A stretch of 64,000 nt of DNA, taken from the IMG/VR virus record IMGVR_UViG_3300029319_000010, positions 1 to 64,000 of that record, one strand, 5' to 3'. The translations under genes were made by a program, and so were the position numbers. A model generated the notes under the pieces. The model made no database searches and was not told the DNA's origin. It saw nothing but the letters and a program-made list of their open reading frames with translations. The stretch comes from a virus. Shown in pieces: positions 21,283-32,840 of the stretch; position 1 is the first letter of the stretch, and each line of letters begins with the position of its first letter.

Positions 21283-24200
21283 TATCTAAAACTATAATTT
21301 ACTTTTGTATTTGCTAATTTTAACACCATCTTTCTATTTTTTGAAACTGTTCTTCTTAATAGTATTTTATTATAATAATGTCTAAACTTCTTTCTTTGCA
21401 ATTGATTTTTATTATAATTTAAGTTTGCTTCATTTAAGTCTCTTATATACCCATTTAGCTGTGTAATAAATATTGACTCTGTAGCATCACTAAATTCACC
21501 TCTATCATAAGTAATATCCCAGAACTGATTAAATCTAAATTTCTGCTCCTCTTTACTATATAATATTCTTATATCATTTGCTGTTACTATTGGATAATCT
21601 GTAATTAAAGGTACATCATTTTTAGGATTAAGATCTAATGTTAATAATCCAGATACTTGTTCTGAGTTATGAATAATTGCCTCATCAAAGTTAAAATCAA
21701 GATCATGAAATCTATCTCCACAGTTATTATCTAAATTACCTTTATATATCCAACTCTCTAACTGATACTCTATACTCTTAACCGTATTAACTTGTTGACC
21801 AATTGCTTCAACCCATTCTATTTCCCAAGGATAGTCTTCATCATAATAATTTGTATATAAATCACAACGTACATTATGCTTCCAGGTACCTCCCCTTAAA
21901 TAACTTGGAGGAACTTGACAGACACCATCAAACAAACATGTTTTAGGAAATGGTTCCATATCCCCATTAAGGTAATCTTGATAATATCCTGGATCTCCTA
22001 AAAGATAAAAATCAGGACAATCTCCTTGTTCAGTTATAACAGTTTCTGGTGAAACATTAGAATCATCACAAAAACAATCTACTCTTCTACATATAAAACT
22101 ACCTGGGTTACATTGTCCAACAGGTGATGCAAAGTATCCTGATTCATCTTGAAATACAATTTCAAAACCTGGTTCATTATCACAATCACATATATTATCA
22201 CCATCAACTCTATATGTACAATCTAAACTAGCTACAACATCAATTGCAGGTTGAGCAAAAGTACCAGGATAAACTTGATAAGCACTTCTTGGATTAGCAG
22301 CAACTGCTCCTTGATAATCATCCATTATCCAAGCTTCATCCCACCACCACTGATCTACATCATAATAAATTTGTTGAAACTTATAAATAGACCAAACATA
22401 TTCGTCTGTTGCTTCTTGTCCTGCCTTAACAGCAATAACACCAATATTCATATGAGTTTGACCTAAAGCTGCAAAACAATCCGCAAGAGGATCTTCACCT
22501 GGTAAAAGACCTTGTGTAACTCCTACATGATTAGCAAATTCTATATTAGGATAGGTTGGAGTAACACAACCAGCAGGTGCAAAACTACTTGCCGCTTCAT
22601 GTAAGCCCAGCTCTCCAGTTCTCCATAACATAGCATTTAATGTAGGACCTGTACCAACACCATCATCAGCTAAACAGTTCTGTTCAAATTCACTATTATC
22701 ATCAACATCAGCACCAGCACCAGCATCTGTAATTATTACAGCTATTCTTTTTAAATTTGGATTATCAAATCTACTACCTGAGTGTGATAAACCCTGTGCA
22801 TTTACAACTGAAGCATCAGGATATTCAAATGGATCATCTGCATATACTCTTGCAGAATTTACAGCACCAGCATATGTTGTTGAACTATTACCAAGATCTG
22901 CTTGATCTAACTCTCCCAAGCCAGTATAGCCAGGAGCAATACCTATAAAATTTCTTATAGAAGAATAACTATTTGTAAAACGTAAATTTTTTCTATTAGA
23001 ACTTGTAATATCTAAATCACGGTTCACTGATGCAAGACCAGCCCATTGTACAATTGCTATTTGAACAGCACCACTAGTTATTTCAGCTTCTAGCTCTTCT
23101 ACAAATCTATCCATAAATAGCAACTCAGCTTTCCATGCAGCATCACCACTATATCCTGTACTACCTGATGCATCTACAGCAAGCACAATATCATAAGGAC
23201 ATGCTGCTGTTTCAGAAGATACATTGTCATCAAAGTTACCTTGTCTTTCTTCTACTTGTATTGTTGCTGGAAATTCTCCTGCAAGAAATTGTTCACATTG
23301 ACCTGTTGTAGGATTAAAATTAAAACCTGGAGGACATAATGGATCTTCTGTTATTTTAGATTTTGTAGTTAAGAAATGATTTAAACTTGGTAAAACTAAT
23401 TCTGGATGCCAATCATGGAATGATATCCAAGCCTTAGCTTTTGGGTCATAACTGACTGTCCATGATACATCTTCAAAATATTTTGTGTCATCTAAAGCAA
23501 CTGGTGTTGTTTGATCTATCAATCCAAGTGGCGCAGCCATTTCAAGACATTCACATGTCCAATTATTATTTGCATCTTGTATAGGTTCACATTCAGGTGG
23601 GCACTCAATTATCTCTGTAGTAGTTGTAACACCTTCAAATAATTGTATTGCCATATTATTAGCAACTTCCATATTATATCCTCCAATACCCCACTGATTT
23701 GGACCAGGACCAGATCTTGCTGCTGTATAATCTATATTTCCTTGAGTAGGTTCTACAACTGCAGGATAATCTGAAAGTAGTTCTGGAAATGTTCCATCAG
23801 GGTTTAACATGCTAGGATGAAGAATTTTTGGTTCAAAGTGAAAAGCCCACACTTGTAGTTGACCATTAAAAGCAAGTGCATCTTCATTTTGATAATTTGA
23901 TGTAGGATCAAATATATTATTATTCAACCAAGTTATAAAACTATCATTTTGTTCTAAATCATTATAAGAAGATGTTATTTGAGCTACCTCTGCATATGGC
24001 AAATAACCTATTAAAGGACCATCTGGAATATTATCAATATTAATACCCCATTCATTTTCTTGATAGAAAGATAAATCTCCTGGTTGTCCAGGATTTATTG
24101 ATAATGTATTTACCATTGGTGTAGTAGTAGGTGTTGCTGTACTTGTACCACTATCATATCCGTATCCATCCCCCAAGTGACTTGGTAGTGCAGTTGTATC

Positions 24201-27200
24201 ATACCTATCATCAATTTGTACATGAACTTTATTTACATCTGTTCTACCATTGGTATATAAATAATCTAAAGCTTCCCAAAATGCTCTAGTATTATTAGCA
24301 CCACCTGATATACCTACATCATATTCTTGATAAGCAATTTCATCCTCTTCACTCATAGGTATTTGATATTCCTCTAATCCTGTTTGATTACCTGGGAAAA
24401 GTACATTATTTGCCCACCATATTAATTGTCCAAAATCATCTGTAAAAGGTTGTATGTATCTACCTGCAGTATCCCAAGTTCTAATAGCTATTTGAACATC
24501 TCCATCAGCTAATTGTTCTCCAAAAGAATTTATAATATTTAATAAAAGAGCTTGAAGTATCTCTATATTGTCTTCTATATCTGCTCCACGTGTTACTTGA
24601 ACACTAAGTATTATATCAAACTTTGGTTTTGCAATAGTTGTTGATTCTGTTATATCAGGATCAACATAATAAACTCTTTCACATTTACCATTTCCTACAT
24701 ATGTAAATCCTTCTGGACAACATTCAATTTGAGGTAGTCCATCACATTTTGTTTGGTTATAAACAAAACCATCACAAGCATTAAACTCAATACAATCAGA
24801 AGTACAAGAAAAATCTTTTTTCATAAAATATACTAGATCATAATTAGGATCATATACTGATTGACAGCCTACACCTGCAACTGGATTATCAGACCATTTA
24901 GGACAAGTTTCTAATTCTGGAAATTGTTTAATTAACTGTGATGGTAAGTATTGATTAAACCATTGTTTCATACCTAGATTAGATATGTTATTTAATCCTT
25001 TACCTGCCATATGAAATATCTTACCCTGTGCTTGTGATATATAAAACATACCAGCTGGTGTATTAATAACACTTCTAGCACTTTCACAAGATCCATATTC
25101 ATGCGGTAAGTCTGCATTTACAAGATTTTGCATAGGTTGACTAAATAGTCCTCCATCACCAATAGTAAGCTTAGTACCAAGATCTGTTCTTAATGTATCT
25201 ACACCTTGAAATAAAGCTGGTGCTAAATGTGGGAATAAAATTACTGCACCGCTTTTAGATATAGGTTTAATGACATTTACTTGATTTTTAAAATCTTTAT
25301 AATTGTTTGGCAGGAATACTCTCCAAAAATCTTTTTTGGCTTCATTCTGAGCTTGTAATGAATATGCTAACCTTTTAGGGTAGTGTGTATTACATGTTTC
25401 TGCAACAAATGGATCATAGTCTCTTGGTTGTAATCTGCCTGAATTAATTCTAGTAGTTGGAAAGTTAGCATATGTAAGAGAATTGTCATACTTATAGAAA
25501 TTTCCTATTGAAAGAATTTCTGCATGAAATAAATCATTTATATCAGCATACTCTAACCAATCATAATGTCTTTTACCTTTTTGATCTTCATAATCTCTTT
25601 GAGCCACATTAATTTCTGACTCAACCCAAAAATCTTGAATTCCATTTACATGTGTATAAAAATATCTATCCTTTATATGGAAAAAACTTTTACCTCTTTT
25701 ATCATGTGTCTCATCTACAGTATCTGGACCAGAATTTATAGGTTGAACTGAACCATATGGATTAGTTGCTTGTAATGGTTCAAGTGAAATAGAACCCCCG
25801 TCAGCACCATCTCCACCTCCTTCATATCCTATTACATTACCGTCATCATCAAGTATTTCTTCCATATCTCCTCCGCTAGCATCGCTTCCATCAAAACTCC
25901 AATTCATAGTAACTAAACCAGGATCACCGTCTGGATATTGAATTCCTGTCATACCTTCACTTTTATCTACACCACCAATAGTAAAAGCTTCACACTGTAC
26001 ACTACCATCATCTAAATGAAAAAAACCATTAGGCATAGCACCATATAGAGAAGCTGGAGTATCTAACCATGCAAAGTTAGTTATATATCTAGCAAGGTTA
26101 GAAAGATCATATCTAATGAAATTTGCCCAATACATAGGAAACATTACATTTGCTCTAAGCCTGTAATCATAAGGAAAGCCATCAGGTTGACCTAATAAGA
26201 AGTCCCAGTAAAAAGGCATTATATTTTTTTCTGTATATCTATTTATATAACAATCACCTCCATATAGAGTGTCAGATTTTAATCTTGTATCAATATTAGC
26301 TATTAAAGTAATATCATCACCAGAATAACCTCCTTCAATTGATGGTAACTGATTCTTAACATATTGTATACCACTTCCAAACTCTCCATTAGTTATAGGC
26401 ACTTGTTTAACTTGATCAAGTTGACCATATTGATTTTCAAATTGTACTTTTAAACCAACATATTGTGCAGCAATATTTCTTGTAAAAGGTCTAGTAGGAT
26501 AAGTTGTATTACCTTCTTGACCTATAGTCCTTCTTGAATTGTCAGCACCATCAGCTCCTGGAGCTATATAACCTAACATCTTTGCCTGATCTCCTTCTAT
26601 TGGAAGGCTGCCATCAAGAAGCCCTTCATATCCTTCTCCTACTAATGCTACTGTATTTGGTCTAAACAAATTATTCATTTTAATAGTAGACGTCAAGTTT
26701 TGCATTGTATTTTTTACATATCTTGCTTTTCTACATCTTGTCCTCATAGGGGTATTTACACCTCCCTTATCTCCATCACCATCTAAATATTGCAACTCAG
26801 TTCTCCAATAAAGACCATGGCCATTATATTTCATAGCATAGTCTTGAAAACTACATAACTCATATATTAAGTTAATAATATGATTACCACCCTCTGCAGT
26901 CATATTTATAAACGCAAACACACCATACAAAGGTTGTAGTACAGCAGGAAGATCACCAAACCATGCTTCACCTCTATCATAATTAACTTGAACACCTCCA
27001 TCTTGATAACCACCTACCATACCTTGAGTAGTTAATGCAAAACCAGCAGTATTACCAGCCTGTGCTAGTTGTTGACCTATACCAGGAGCACCAAAAACAG
27101 TGGATGCAGTTGAAACAGTTTCTGTTCCAGCTGCTACACCTTGCTGTCCATATAAAGCTAATAAGTTACCACCAGAAATACCTGCACCAAGAAGTGGTGG

Positions 27201-29480
27201 ATTTACTGTTACCATAGGTTGTGGATAATCAACGGTTACTTGCCTTTTACCTCTTGTTCTTCCTATAGCATATCCTACACCTATAATAATTGCTATAAAT
27301 GCAGAAATATTTGTTAGTAGTTTTTGTTGTGGATGTTTCTCAGACACTTTAAATCTTCCTATACTTTGTCCAGTAGTAATACCATAACTTTTAATTTCAT
27401 AAGGACTTAAAAAAGGTTGATTAATAGATGTATCTGGAGAATGAAAAGTAAACATGTTTTTATATACAAATCTCCACTGTCTAGAAGCCGAATCAGGTAT
27501 AGTACCCAAACCTTGATATGGATTTGCATTATTTCTACTAGGGTATGCAAATTCAGGTATATCATCATCTGGTACATCACCTGGATCATGCAAGAATGCA
27601 TCACAACCTAAATCATTAAAAGGATAGTTTGCCATAACACCTATAGTGTCATTTGCTATACTTTCAGTAGAATCATTACCAACAGCATCTGGTGGTAATC
27701 TATATCCTTTCATATTTCTAGCTAATCCTTTTGCTATAATAGACTTATTGCCTTTTCTTGATCCAACTAATATTTCATAACCAACTATACCTGGCACTAA
27801 TGCACCTTCTCCTTGTGGATCTTCGCATACACCTACCGTTTCAGGATTTAATCTAGGTAATGCTATATTTTTAAACTTAACACCAAGAACTTGTATAGTT
27901 TGATTAAAATTAGTAGCCCTATGTATTGAACCAGTTAATGTAGATTGTTCATCTGGCATTTTATGATGTCTTATTGGTTTACCACATAAATCACCCCACC
28001 TCACTGGATCCATTGGATATCTTTCTGTTGATTCCCAGTATGCCATGTATCCCTCTTCAAAAATAATACCACCATCATTAGTTCTATAATTTGGCAAACT
28101 AAAAGGACCATCTACAGCATAACGTGCTGTATTATAAGATTGAAAAACCTTCTCTTCTCCAACATCTAAATTATTATTATCTCCGGCTGGAGTTAAATCT
28201 GTTACGGCTCCCATTGGTGGAGCATAAAATTCAGGGCCTCTACCAGGTATATGATATGAACTAGATTTTTCACCGGTATTATATATCCATCTAATAAAAA
28301 ATGCATACACTTCATCTCTCATAAATGTAGGCTTATTCCCTCCTTTTTTATAATAGTCAGCAGGAAATTTAGTTGACATCCATGTTGTTTCTATTTGATT
28401 TGCTAAAGGTTGATAATTAAAATCAAATCTTTCATATGGTCCTGATCTAATAAGATAGTCATTAACAACATACATCTTATCAGACTTTTCATAAACAGGA
28501 TTTCTTAAAGGTAAAAGTTCTATTGGAACTGATTTTAATGATCTATCAATATAATCTATCCCTATATGAGTTGTCTCCACACTATAAAAACCTATGTGTT
28601 TAGCAACAACCTCATTTTGATTATTACTTAATATAACAAGTTTAAACTCTTCAAATAAACCACCTCTATCTAAATTTCTTAGTTTAATATCTAATGAACC
28701 AGAAACATCTTCATGATCCCACAATGATTGTACATTAGAGACGCCTATATAATCACCTATTTGTTGTTCATTGATTGTATATGCTATAAATGCCTGATAT
28801 GATCCATTTCTTAACTGACCACCATTATCTGAACTAGATAAAATAACTTCAGGTGTATCCATTAAGGGAGCTAATCTTAGTAAATCACAATCTATTTGTA
28901 AAGGTTCTATTGGAACATATTGTATACAATCAGTATTTTCTATATCAACTACTTTCTCTGTCTTCCAAGGTATATTACTAATGTTCATTGTTCTAGATGG
29001 ATTTCTTCCATCATCCCAATATACTTGCCAAGTACAATCAAAATTTTCTTTTGATGCACCAGTAATTAAACAAAGTCTATTAAAATTTAAACAATTTTCA
29101 GGTGGACATTGTGTACTTGCACCATCATTAACTAAAGTTTCATAGGTACATTGACTATCATCAAAAATTCCTATTTCACTATTTATATCATCTGTTGAAT
29201 AAATAACCCACTTATCTCCATATAAATGTATTGTACCTATTACTGTATAAGTAATCTCTACACAGAATAAATTAGCTGGCTCATTACCTATTGCACCTAC
29301 ATCACCTTTGCTAGAATTATTTATAGCATTACGTGCATGTGTCCAATTATTTTTATCAGTTAAAGCAGCATTAGGGTCTTTACTCATACCCTTCAGAAAC
29401 ACATCTGTGTCTGTCTGCATAGTATTTTGCATACTAGCTTTACGCTGCCTTCTACTTTGATTTCTTCTTTTTTTAGCCAT
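21282..29480 (-). CDS. Tail stabilisation/muzzle protein (P22 gp10-like, crAss-type) with vWA and EGF-like inserts (2732 aa)
   Basis: Follows the ring genes; conserved-looking blocks FMRDEVYAFFIRW, FHSPD, GGDCYINRY, WTVSYDPKAKAWISFHDW; MIDAS motif DASGS near 23160-23175. Confidence 0.75.
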   Translation of the reverse strand: MAKKRRNQSRRQRKASMQNTMQTDTDVFLKGMSKDPNAALTDKNNWTHARNAINNSSKGDVGAIGNEPANLFCVEITYTVIGTIHLYGDKWVIYSTDDINSEIGIFDDSQCTYETLVNDGASTQCPPENCLNFNRLCLITGASKENFDCTWQVYWDDGRNPSRTMNISNIPWKTEKVVDIENTDCIQYVPIEPLQIDCDLLRLAPLMDTPEVILSSSDNGGQLRNGSYQAFIAYTINEQQIGDYIGVSNVQSLWDHEDVSGSLDIKLRNLDRGGLFEEFKLVILSNNQNEVVAKHIGFYSVETTHIGIDYIDRSLKSVPIELLPLRNPVYEKSDKMYVVNDYLIRSGPYERFDFNYQPLANQIETTWMSTKFPADYYKKGGNKPTFMRDEVYAFFIRWIYNTGEKSSSYHIPGRGPEFYAPPMGAVTDLTPAGDNNNLDVGEEKVFQSYNTARYAVDGPFSLPNYRTNDGGIIFEEGYMAYWESTERYPMDPVRWGDLCGKPIRHHKMPDEQSTLTGSIHRATNFNQTIQVLGVKFKNIALPRLNPETVGVCEDPQGEGALVPGIVGYEILVGSRKGNKSIIAKGLARNMKGYRLPPDAVGNDSTESIANDTIGVMANYPFNDLGCDAFLHDPGDVPDDDIPEFAYPSRNNANPYQGLGTIPDSASRQWRFVYKNMFTFHSPDTSINQPFLSPYEIKSYGITTGQSIGRFKVSEKHPQQKLLTNISAFIAIIIGVGYAIGRTRGKRQVTVDYPQPMVTVNPPLLGAGISGGNLLALYGQQGVAAGTETVSTASTVFGAPGIGQQLAQAGNTAGFALTTQGMVGGYQDGGVQVNYDRGEAWFGDLPAVLQPLYGVFAFINMTAEGGNHIINLIYELCSFQDYAMKYNGHGLYWRTELQYLDGDGDKGGVNTPMRTRCRKARYVKNTMQNLTSTIKMNNLFRPNTVALVGEGYEGLLDGSLPIEGDQAKMLGYIAPGADGADNSRRTIGQEGNTTYPTRPFTRNIAAQYVGLKVQFENQYGQLDQVKQVPITNGEFGSGIQYVKNQLPSIEGGYSGDDITLIANIDTRLKSDTLYGGDCYINRYTEKNIMPFYWDFLLGQPDGFPYDYRLRANVMFPMYWANFIRYDLSNLARYITNFAWLDTPASLYGAMPNGFFHLDDGSVQCEAFTIGGVDKSEGMTGIQYPDGDPGLVTMNWSFDGSDASGGDMEEILDDDGNVIGYEGGGDGADGGSISLEPLQATNPYGSVQPINSGPDTVDETHDKRGKSFFHIKDRYFYTHVNGIQDFWVESEINVAQRDYEDQKGKRHYDWLEYADINDLFHAEILSIGNFYKYDNSLTYANFPTTRINSGRLQPRDYDPFVAETCNTHYPKRLAYSLQAQNEAKKDFWRVFLPNNYKDFKNQVNVIKPISKSGAVILFPHLAPALFQGVDTLRTDLGTKLTIGDGGLFSQPMQNLVNADLPHEYGSCESARSVINTPAGMFYISQAQGKIFHMAGKGLNNISNLGMKQWFNQYLPSQLIKQFPELETCPKWSDNPVAGVGCQSVYDPNYDLVYFMKKDFSCTSDCIEFNACDGFVYNQTKCDGLPQIECCPEGFTYVGNGKCERVYYVDPDITESTTIAKPKFDIILSVQVTRGADIEDNIEILQALLLNIINSFGEQLADGDVQIAIRTWDTAGRYIQPFTDDFGQLIWWANNVLFPGNQTGLEEYQIPMSEEDEIAYQEYDVGISGGANNTRAFWEALDYLYTNGRTDVNKVHVQIDDRYDTTALPSHLGDGYGYDSGTSTATPTTTPMVNTLSINPGQPGDLSFYQENEWGINIDNIPDGPLIGYLPYAEVAQITSSYNDLEQNDSFITWLNNNIFDPTSNYQNEDALAFNGQLQVWAFHFEPKILHPSMLNPDGTFPELLSDYPAVVEPTQGNIDYTAARSGPGPNQWGIGGYNMEVANNMAIQLFEGVTTTTEIIECPPECEPIQDANNNWTCECLEMAAPLGLIDQTTPVALDDTKYFEDVSWTVSYDPKAKAWISFHDWHPELVLPSLNHFLTTKSKITEDPLCPPGFNFNPTTGQCEQFLAGEFPATIQVEERQGNFDDNVSSETAACPYDIVLAVDASGSTGYSGDAAWKAELLFMDRFVEELEAEITSGAVQIAIVQWAGLASVNRDLDITSSNRKNLRFTNSYSSIRNFIGIAPGYTGLGELDQADLGNSSTTYAGAVNSARVYADDPFEYPDASVVNAQGLSHSGSRFDNPNLKRIAVIITDAGAGADVDDNSEFEQNCLADDGVGTGPTLNAMLWRTGELGLHEAASSFAPAGCVTPTYPNIEFANHVGVTQGLLPGEDPLADCFAALGQTHMNIGVIAVKAGQEATDEYVWSIYKFQQIYYDVDQWWWDEAWIMDDYQGAVAANPRSAYQVYPGTFAQPAIDVVASLDCTYRVDGDNICDCDNEPGFEIVFQDESGYFASPVGQCNPGSFICRRVDCFCDDSNVSPETVITEQGDCPDFYLLGDPGYYQDYLNGDMEPFPKTCLFDGVCQVPPSYLRGGTWKHNVRCDLYTNYYDEDYPWEIEWVEAIGQQVNTVKSIEYQLESWIYKGNLDNNCGDRFHDLDFNFDEAIIHNSEQVSGLLTLDLNPKNDVPLITDYPIVTANDIRILYSKEEQKFRFNQFWDITYDRGEFSDATESIFITQLNGYIRDLNEANLNYNKNQLQRKKFRHYYNKILLRRTVSKNRKMVLKLANTKVNYSFR

Positions 29481-29490
29481 TGTTTAAACT

Positions 29491-30375
29491 TTAATAACTT
29501 TTAAACATGTCATAATAGTTACAATACTGAGCCTTTCTATTAACTTCCCATATTTTTCTCATCTCTTCAAATCCTGGTGTATTAATAAAGCCTAAAGCAT
29601 TATTTCTAGCAGCTCTTAATCTTTGTTCTACAAACTTAACTTGGTTACCAACATTCTCACCGTCAAATAACATATTTTCTAATATCCTTTGTTTTAATGC
29701 ATATTCATAGTATTCATTACAATAAGGATGATCTAACACTAAAAGATTACCTTCATCATCTTCCATATCTGCTTGATAATTTAAATAAACTTTACCCGTC
29801 TTAAAATTAGTCATTAAAAAGTTATCTCTTATTTCTGCTATATTAACTGCTTGAACATTTATATTTGGACAATCATCATCACAGAATACAGTATTTACAT
29901 CTCTAAATCTTAGTTGAAAAAAATCAGAGTATACTCTATACTGACTAGCTCCAATATATTGAATAACCATATATTGACTTTCTTGACTTGTATCATTGCA
30001 AGTTTTAACAACACATACATCATTACACTCAGGGTCATCACAAGGTCCTGTATCATCAGGAGATGGTACATATTTAGTTTGTGTAGTATCTACAACTGTA
30101 CCAGCTGGCATTGTATTATGTATTTTAAAACTATTGCACACAAATGCATAATTTAAATATTTAAAGTCTGTGGGTAACTTTGCTTTAGAGTGTTCTACAT
30201 CTAAAACTTTTTCTCTTGTTCTATGTATTCTTAATCCAAGATCATAATTTACTCTTTGAGCAACTTTAATTAATTGCTGAGGTTCAACATGACCTGCAAG
30301 ACTATATGCAGCAAAATCTATTGTTACATCTTCTAGCAATTGGTTAAAAGTTCTATATTTATTTGATACTGCCAT
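29491..30375 (-). CDS. Tail tubular/ring protein (294 aa)
   Basis: Directly upstream of the muzzle; TNFKTGKVYLNYQA..DDEGNLLV motif resembles crAss tail tubular proteins. Confidence 0.6.
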   Translation of the reverse strand: MAVSNKYRTFNQLLEDVTIDFAAYSLAGHVEPQQLIKVAQRVNYDLGLRIHRTREKVLDVEHSKAKLPTDFKYLNYAFVCNSFKIHNTMPAGTVVDTTQTKYVPSPDDTGPCDDPECNDVCVVKTCNDTSQESQYMVIQYIGASQYRVYSDFFQLRFRDVNTVFCDDDCPNINVQAVNIAEIRDNFLMTNFKTGKVYLNYQADMEDDEGNLLVLDHPYCNEYYEYALKQRILENMLFDGENVGNQVKFVEQRLRAARNNALGFINTPGFEEMRKIWEVNRKAQYCNYYDMFKSY

Positions 30376-31046
30376 TATCTAAGAATATTTAATTTATTAT
30401 CTGCATCTTCTGCAGGAATTTTCATAGTATTCATTAGTTGGTTTACAACTTGTTGTTCTATTTCTGCAAACAAAAATTCAGGAACATATAAGTTTTGTAA
30501 ATATCTTGGTGTGCAATTATATTGTGTTTCACATTTATAATTCTCAATATCTCCTTCAAACACACCTTCTAATTTTATAGCATGCCAATCTATATTAGGA
30601 AAATACATATAATTATTTAACCACCAAAAGTATCTAGTTTTGTTATATTTAAATGATGTTGACTTTGTCATAGAAGTATATGTACCAGGATGTGTAGCTT
30701 GCAGCTCAGTTGATCCATCTATGCTAGTTACACTTCTAATTAATGGGCCCCAGTAACCTTCCATAAATATAGGAAGTTTATCTTTTGTTCTCATAATAGT
30801 ACAACCACTCTGTATTCCACTACATTTTGCTTCTACTTTATCTACTTCAATCAGTTCAACAAAAGGTAAGCTTTGCCATACACTATTGAATTTTTTAAGT
30901 TTATTAGTGCTATCTTGCCTTCTCATTAATAATTGAGCAAACTTAAGAACTAAGCTATAAATCATTCTATCAGTGACAAAAGCATCTTGAACTTCAGCTT
31001 TAGTTATTTGTCTAATCCTTGAGATTACATCTCCTATTTTTGTCAT
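30375..31046 (-). CDS. Tail ring protein (223 aa; likely start MTKIGDV at 31046)
   Basis: Synteny between IHF-like and tail tubular genes; start at 31046 avoids overlap with the upstream gene. Confidence 0.55.
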   Translation of the reverse strand: MTKIGDVISRIRQITKAEVQDAFVTDRMIYSLVLKFAQLLMRRQDSTNKLKKFNSVWQSLPFVELIEVDKVEAKCSGIQSGCTIMRTKDKLPIFMEGYWGPLIRSVTSIDGSTELQATHPGTYTSMTKSTSFKYNKTRYFWWLNNYMYFPNIDWHAIKLEGVFEGDIENYKCETQYNCTPRYLQNLYVPEFLFAEIEQQVVNQLMNTMKIPAEDADNKLNILR

Positions 31047-31050
31047 AGTA

Positions 31051-31569
31051 TTACTTTTTTTTGTACATATGAGCAACTTTTCTATTGTTACCCATTATAA
31101 TGTATCTTGTCCAATTCTTTGGATAAGTCTTTGCTACTGCTCTTTTAAACTGTCTTACAGCTGTAAATTGCCAAAGTTCTCTATTCCTAAATCTATACTT
31201 AGTTGTATAGTTAGTATAGAAAATTTTTGCAACTTTACCATCAGTATCCCAGTTTTTGTTTTGCAAAACCTTTCCATATTTTTTGGATAGTGCGTAATCA
31301 GTATTTACACTCTTAGCTGCAGGACAAGTACCTATAAATAAATAACCTAAAGAATAAGGAAGTTCAACGCCATCTCTATTTTGTATGACTTCCTGCCAAA
31401 TCTTCTCATTAAAAAATTTAATTATATTTTTTAATTTATCATTATCTATGTTTTTATAAGCAGGATATTTCTCCTTAAATTCTTTTAATGTTTCTATATT
31501 TAAAATACTAAATACCTTTTCACGGTATCTAGGAGCATTTAAATTAGGTTTTTTAAAGTTACTTATCAT
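31051..31569 (-). CDS. IHF/HU-like protein of the crAss tail module (172 aa)
   Basis: Helical N-terminus then VELPYSLGYLFI turn typical of HU/IHF fold; basic; conserved position. Confidence 0.55.
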   Translation of the reverse strand: MISNFKKPNLNAPRYREKVFSILNIETLKEFKEKYPAYKNIDNDKLKNIIKFFNEKIWQEVIQNRDGVELPYSLGYLFIGTCPAAKSVNTDYALSKKYGKVLQNKNWDTDGKVAKIFYTNYTTKYRFRNRELWQFTAVRQFKRAVAKTYPKNWTRYIIMGNNRKVAHMYKKK

Positions 31570-31631
31570 CTTGCACTATACATTATAATTTACAAAAAAA
31601 AGGGGATTAATAAAAGTTTAGACACTATAGA

Positions 31632-32840
31632 TTAATCTGGAGAATATGTAAGCTCACATATATTGCCTTTTACATAATCATGAAGTTCTATTACACCGGA
31701 ACGTTTTGATCCTATAAATTTATTATGATAGTGCCAATAATCTGTTCTAGAAAGGCTTGGTAATATCTTAAGCATAAACCCTGTACGTTCATTTGTAGTA
31801 ATATATTCTATCTTCTTTTTATGATGTAAATGACCAGTAAATAAAGTTCTATTTTTTGTTATACCCCATTGTTGTGGAAACTCTGTAGCATAAAGTAAAA
31901 GTGAATTTTTAGTATTTACATCACCATGTTCAAAAGCAAAAAAGTTATCACCCCAAACATGAACTTTTCTTTCTAAATAATTTACATCCCATAGTATATT
32001 AGGATCATCTATAGATCTAGATAAAGCATGAGCTAAATGAAATGAAGATAATCTATCATGATTACCTGGTATATATACTACTTGAAGATCATCACAATAT
32101 TGTTTTAAATAATTTATACTCCAATATAATGCATCAAAAGCTTGCATATAAGCATCAGTTGCTGTAGTACAATTTTCTAGTGGAGTGCCACTAGTAGTTG
32201 TTCCAGCCCAAGTATCCATATTTATTAAATCTCCTCCTACTACATAAAATATTTTTTTAAGATTATGTCCTCCATGTGCCCTTTCTACAAGATCAACTAT
32301 TGTTTCTTCAAAATCTTTATCTATTGTTTGATTACCTTCTTTTCCAAAATGAATATCTTGTAATGATAAGATAGCACAAACATCTTTTTTACTTTTACTA
32401 TTTATTCTTTTTACAGGTTTAAATTTTTTAGGCTTCCAAACCTTAAGTAATTGTTCTATATGTTCTGTATCACTATTCTTAAGCTTAGTTATTAAAGCTG
32501 ATATACGCCAGTGATCTGACATTTGTTTATTCCAATATTGTGACAACTTCCATTTTGTTGTATCAATATTTAATAGTTGTATAATTTCTTCAGCAGACTT
32601 AGGTTCTGTATGTGAGACTCCAGTAATTTTTCCTTGACCTTTTTCAACATCAAATGATGATGTACAATCATCTGTGACATATCCCATATCTCTTTCTTCT
32701 TTTCTTTTTTCTCTCCCTTCTGCATATATTTCTTTTTTAATTTTATTAAATTCATCTTCTGATATACCTAATTTTTCTGCACAATATTCTGAAGTTTTTT
32801 TCCATTTAAGTGCATTTTTTACCTTATTTTTAAGTGACAT
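31632..32840 (-). CDS. Calcineurin-like metallophosphoesterase with N-terminal HTH-like region (402 aa)
   Basis: All five motifs: DIHFG, GGDL, GNHD, HGD, GHLHH; N-terminal CAEKLGIS. Confidence 0.85.
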   Translation of the reverse strand: MSLKNKVKNALKWKKTSEYCAEKLGISEDEFNKIKKEIYAEGREKRKEERDMGYVTDDCTSSFDVEKGQGKITGVSHTEPKSAEEIIQLLNIDTTKWKLSQYWNKQMSDHWRISALITKLKNSDTEHIEQLLKVWKPKKFKPVKRINSKSKKDVCAILSLQDIHFGKEGNQTIDKDFEETIVDLVERAHGGHNLKKIFYVVGGDLINMDTWAGTTTSGTPLENCTTATDAYMQAFDALYWSINYLKQYCDDLQVVYIPGNHDRLSSFHLAHALSRSIDDPNILWDVNYLERKVHVWGDNFFAFEHGDVNTKNSLLLYATEFPQQWGITKNRTLFTGHLHHKKKIEYITTNERTGFMLKILPSLSRTDYWHYHNKFIGSKRSGVIELHDYVKGNICELTYSPD

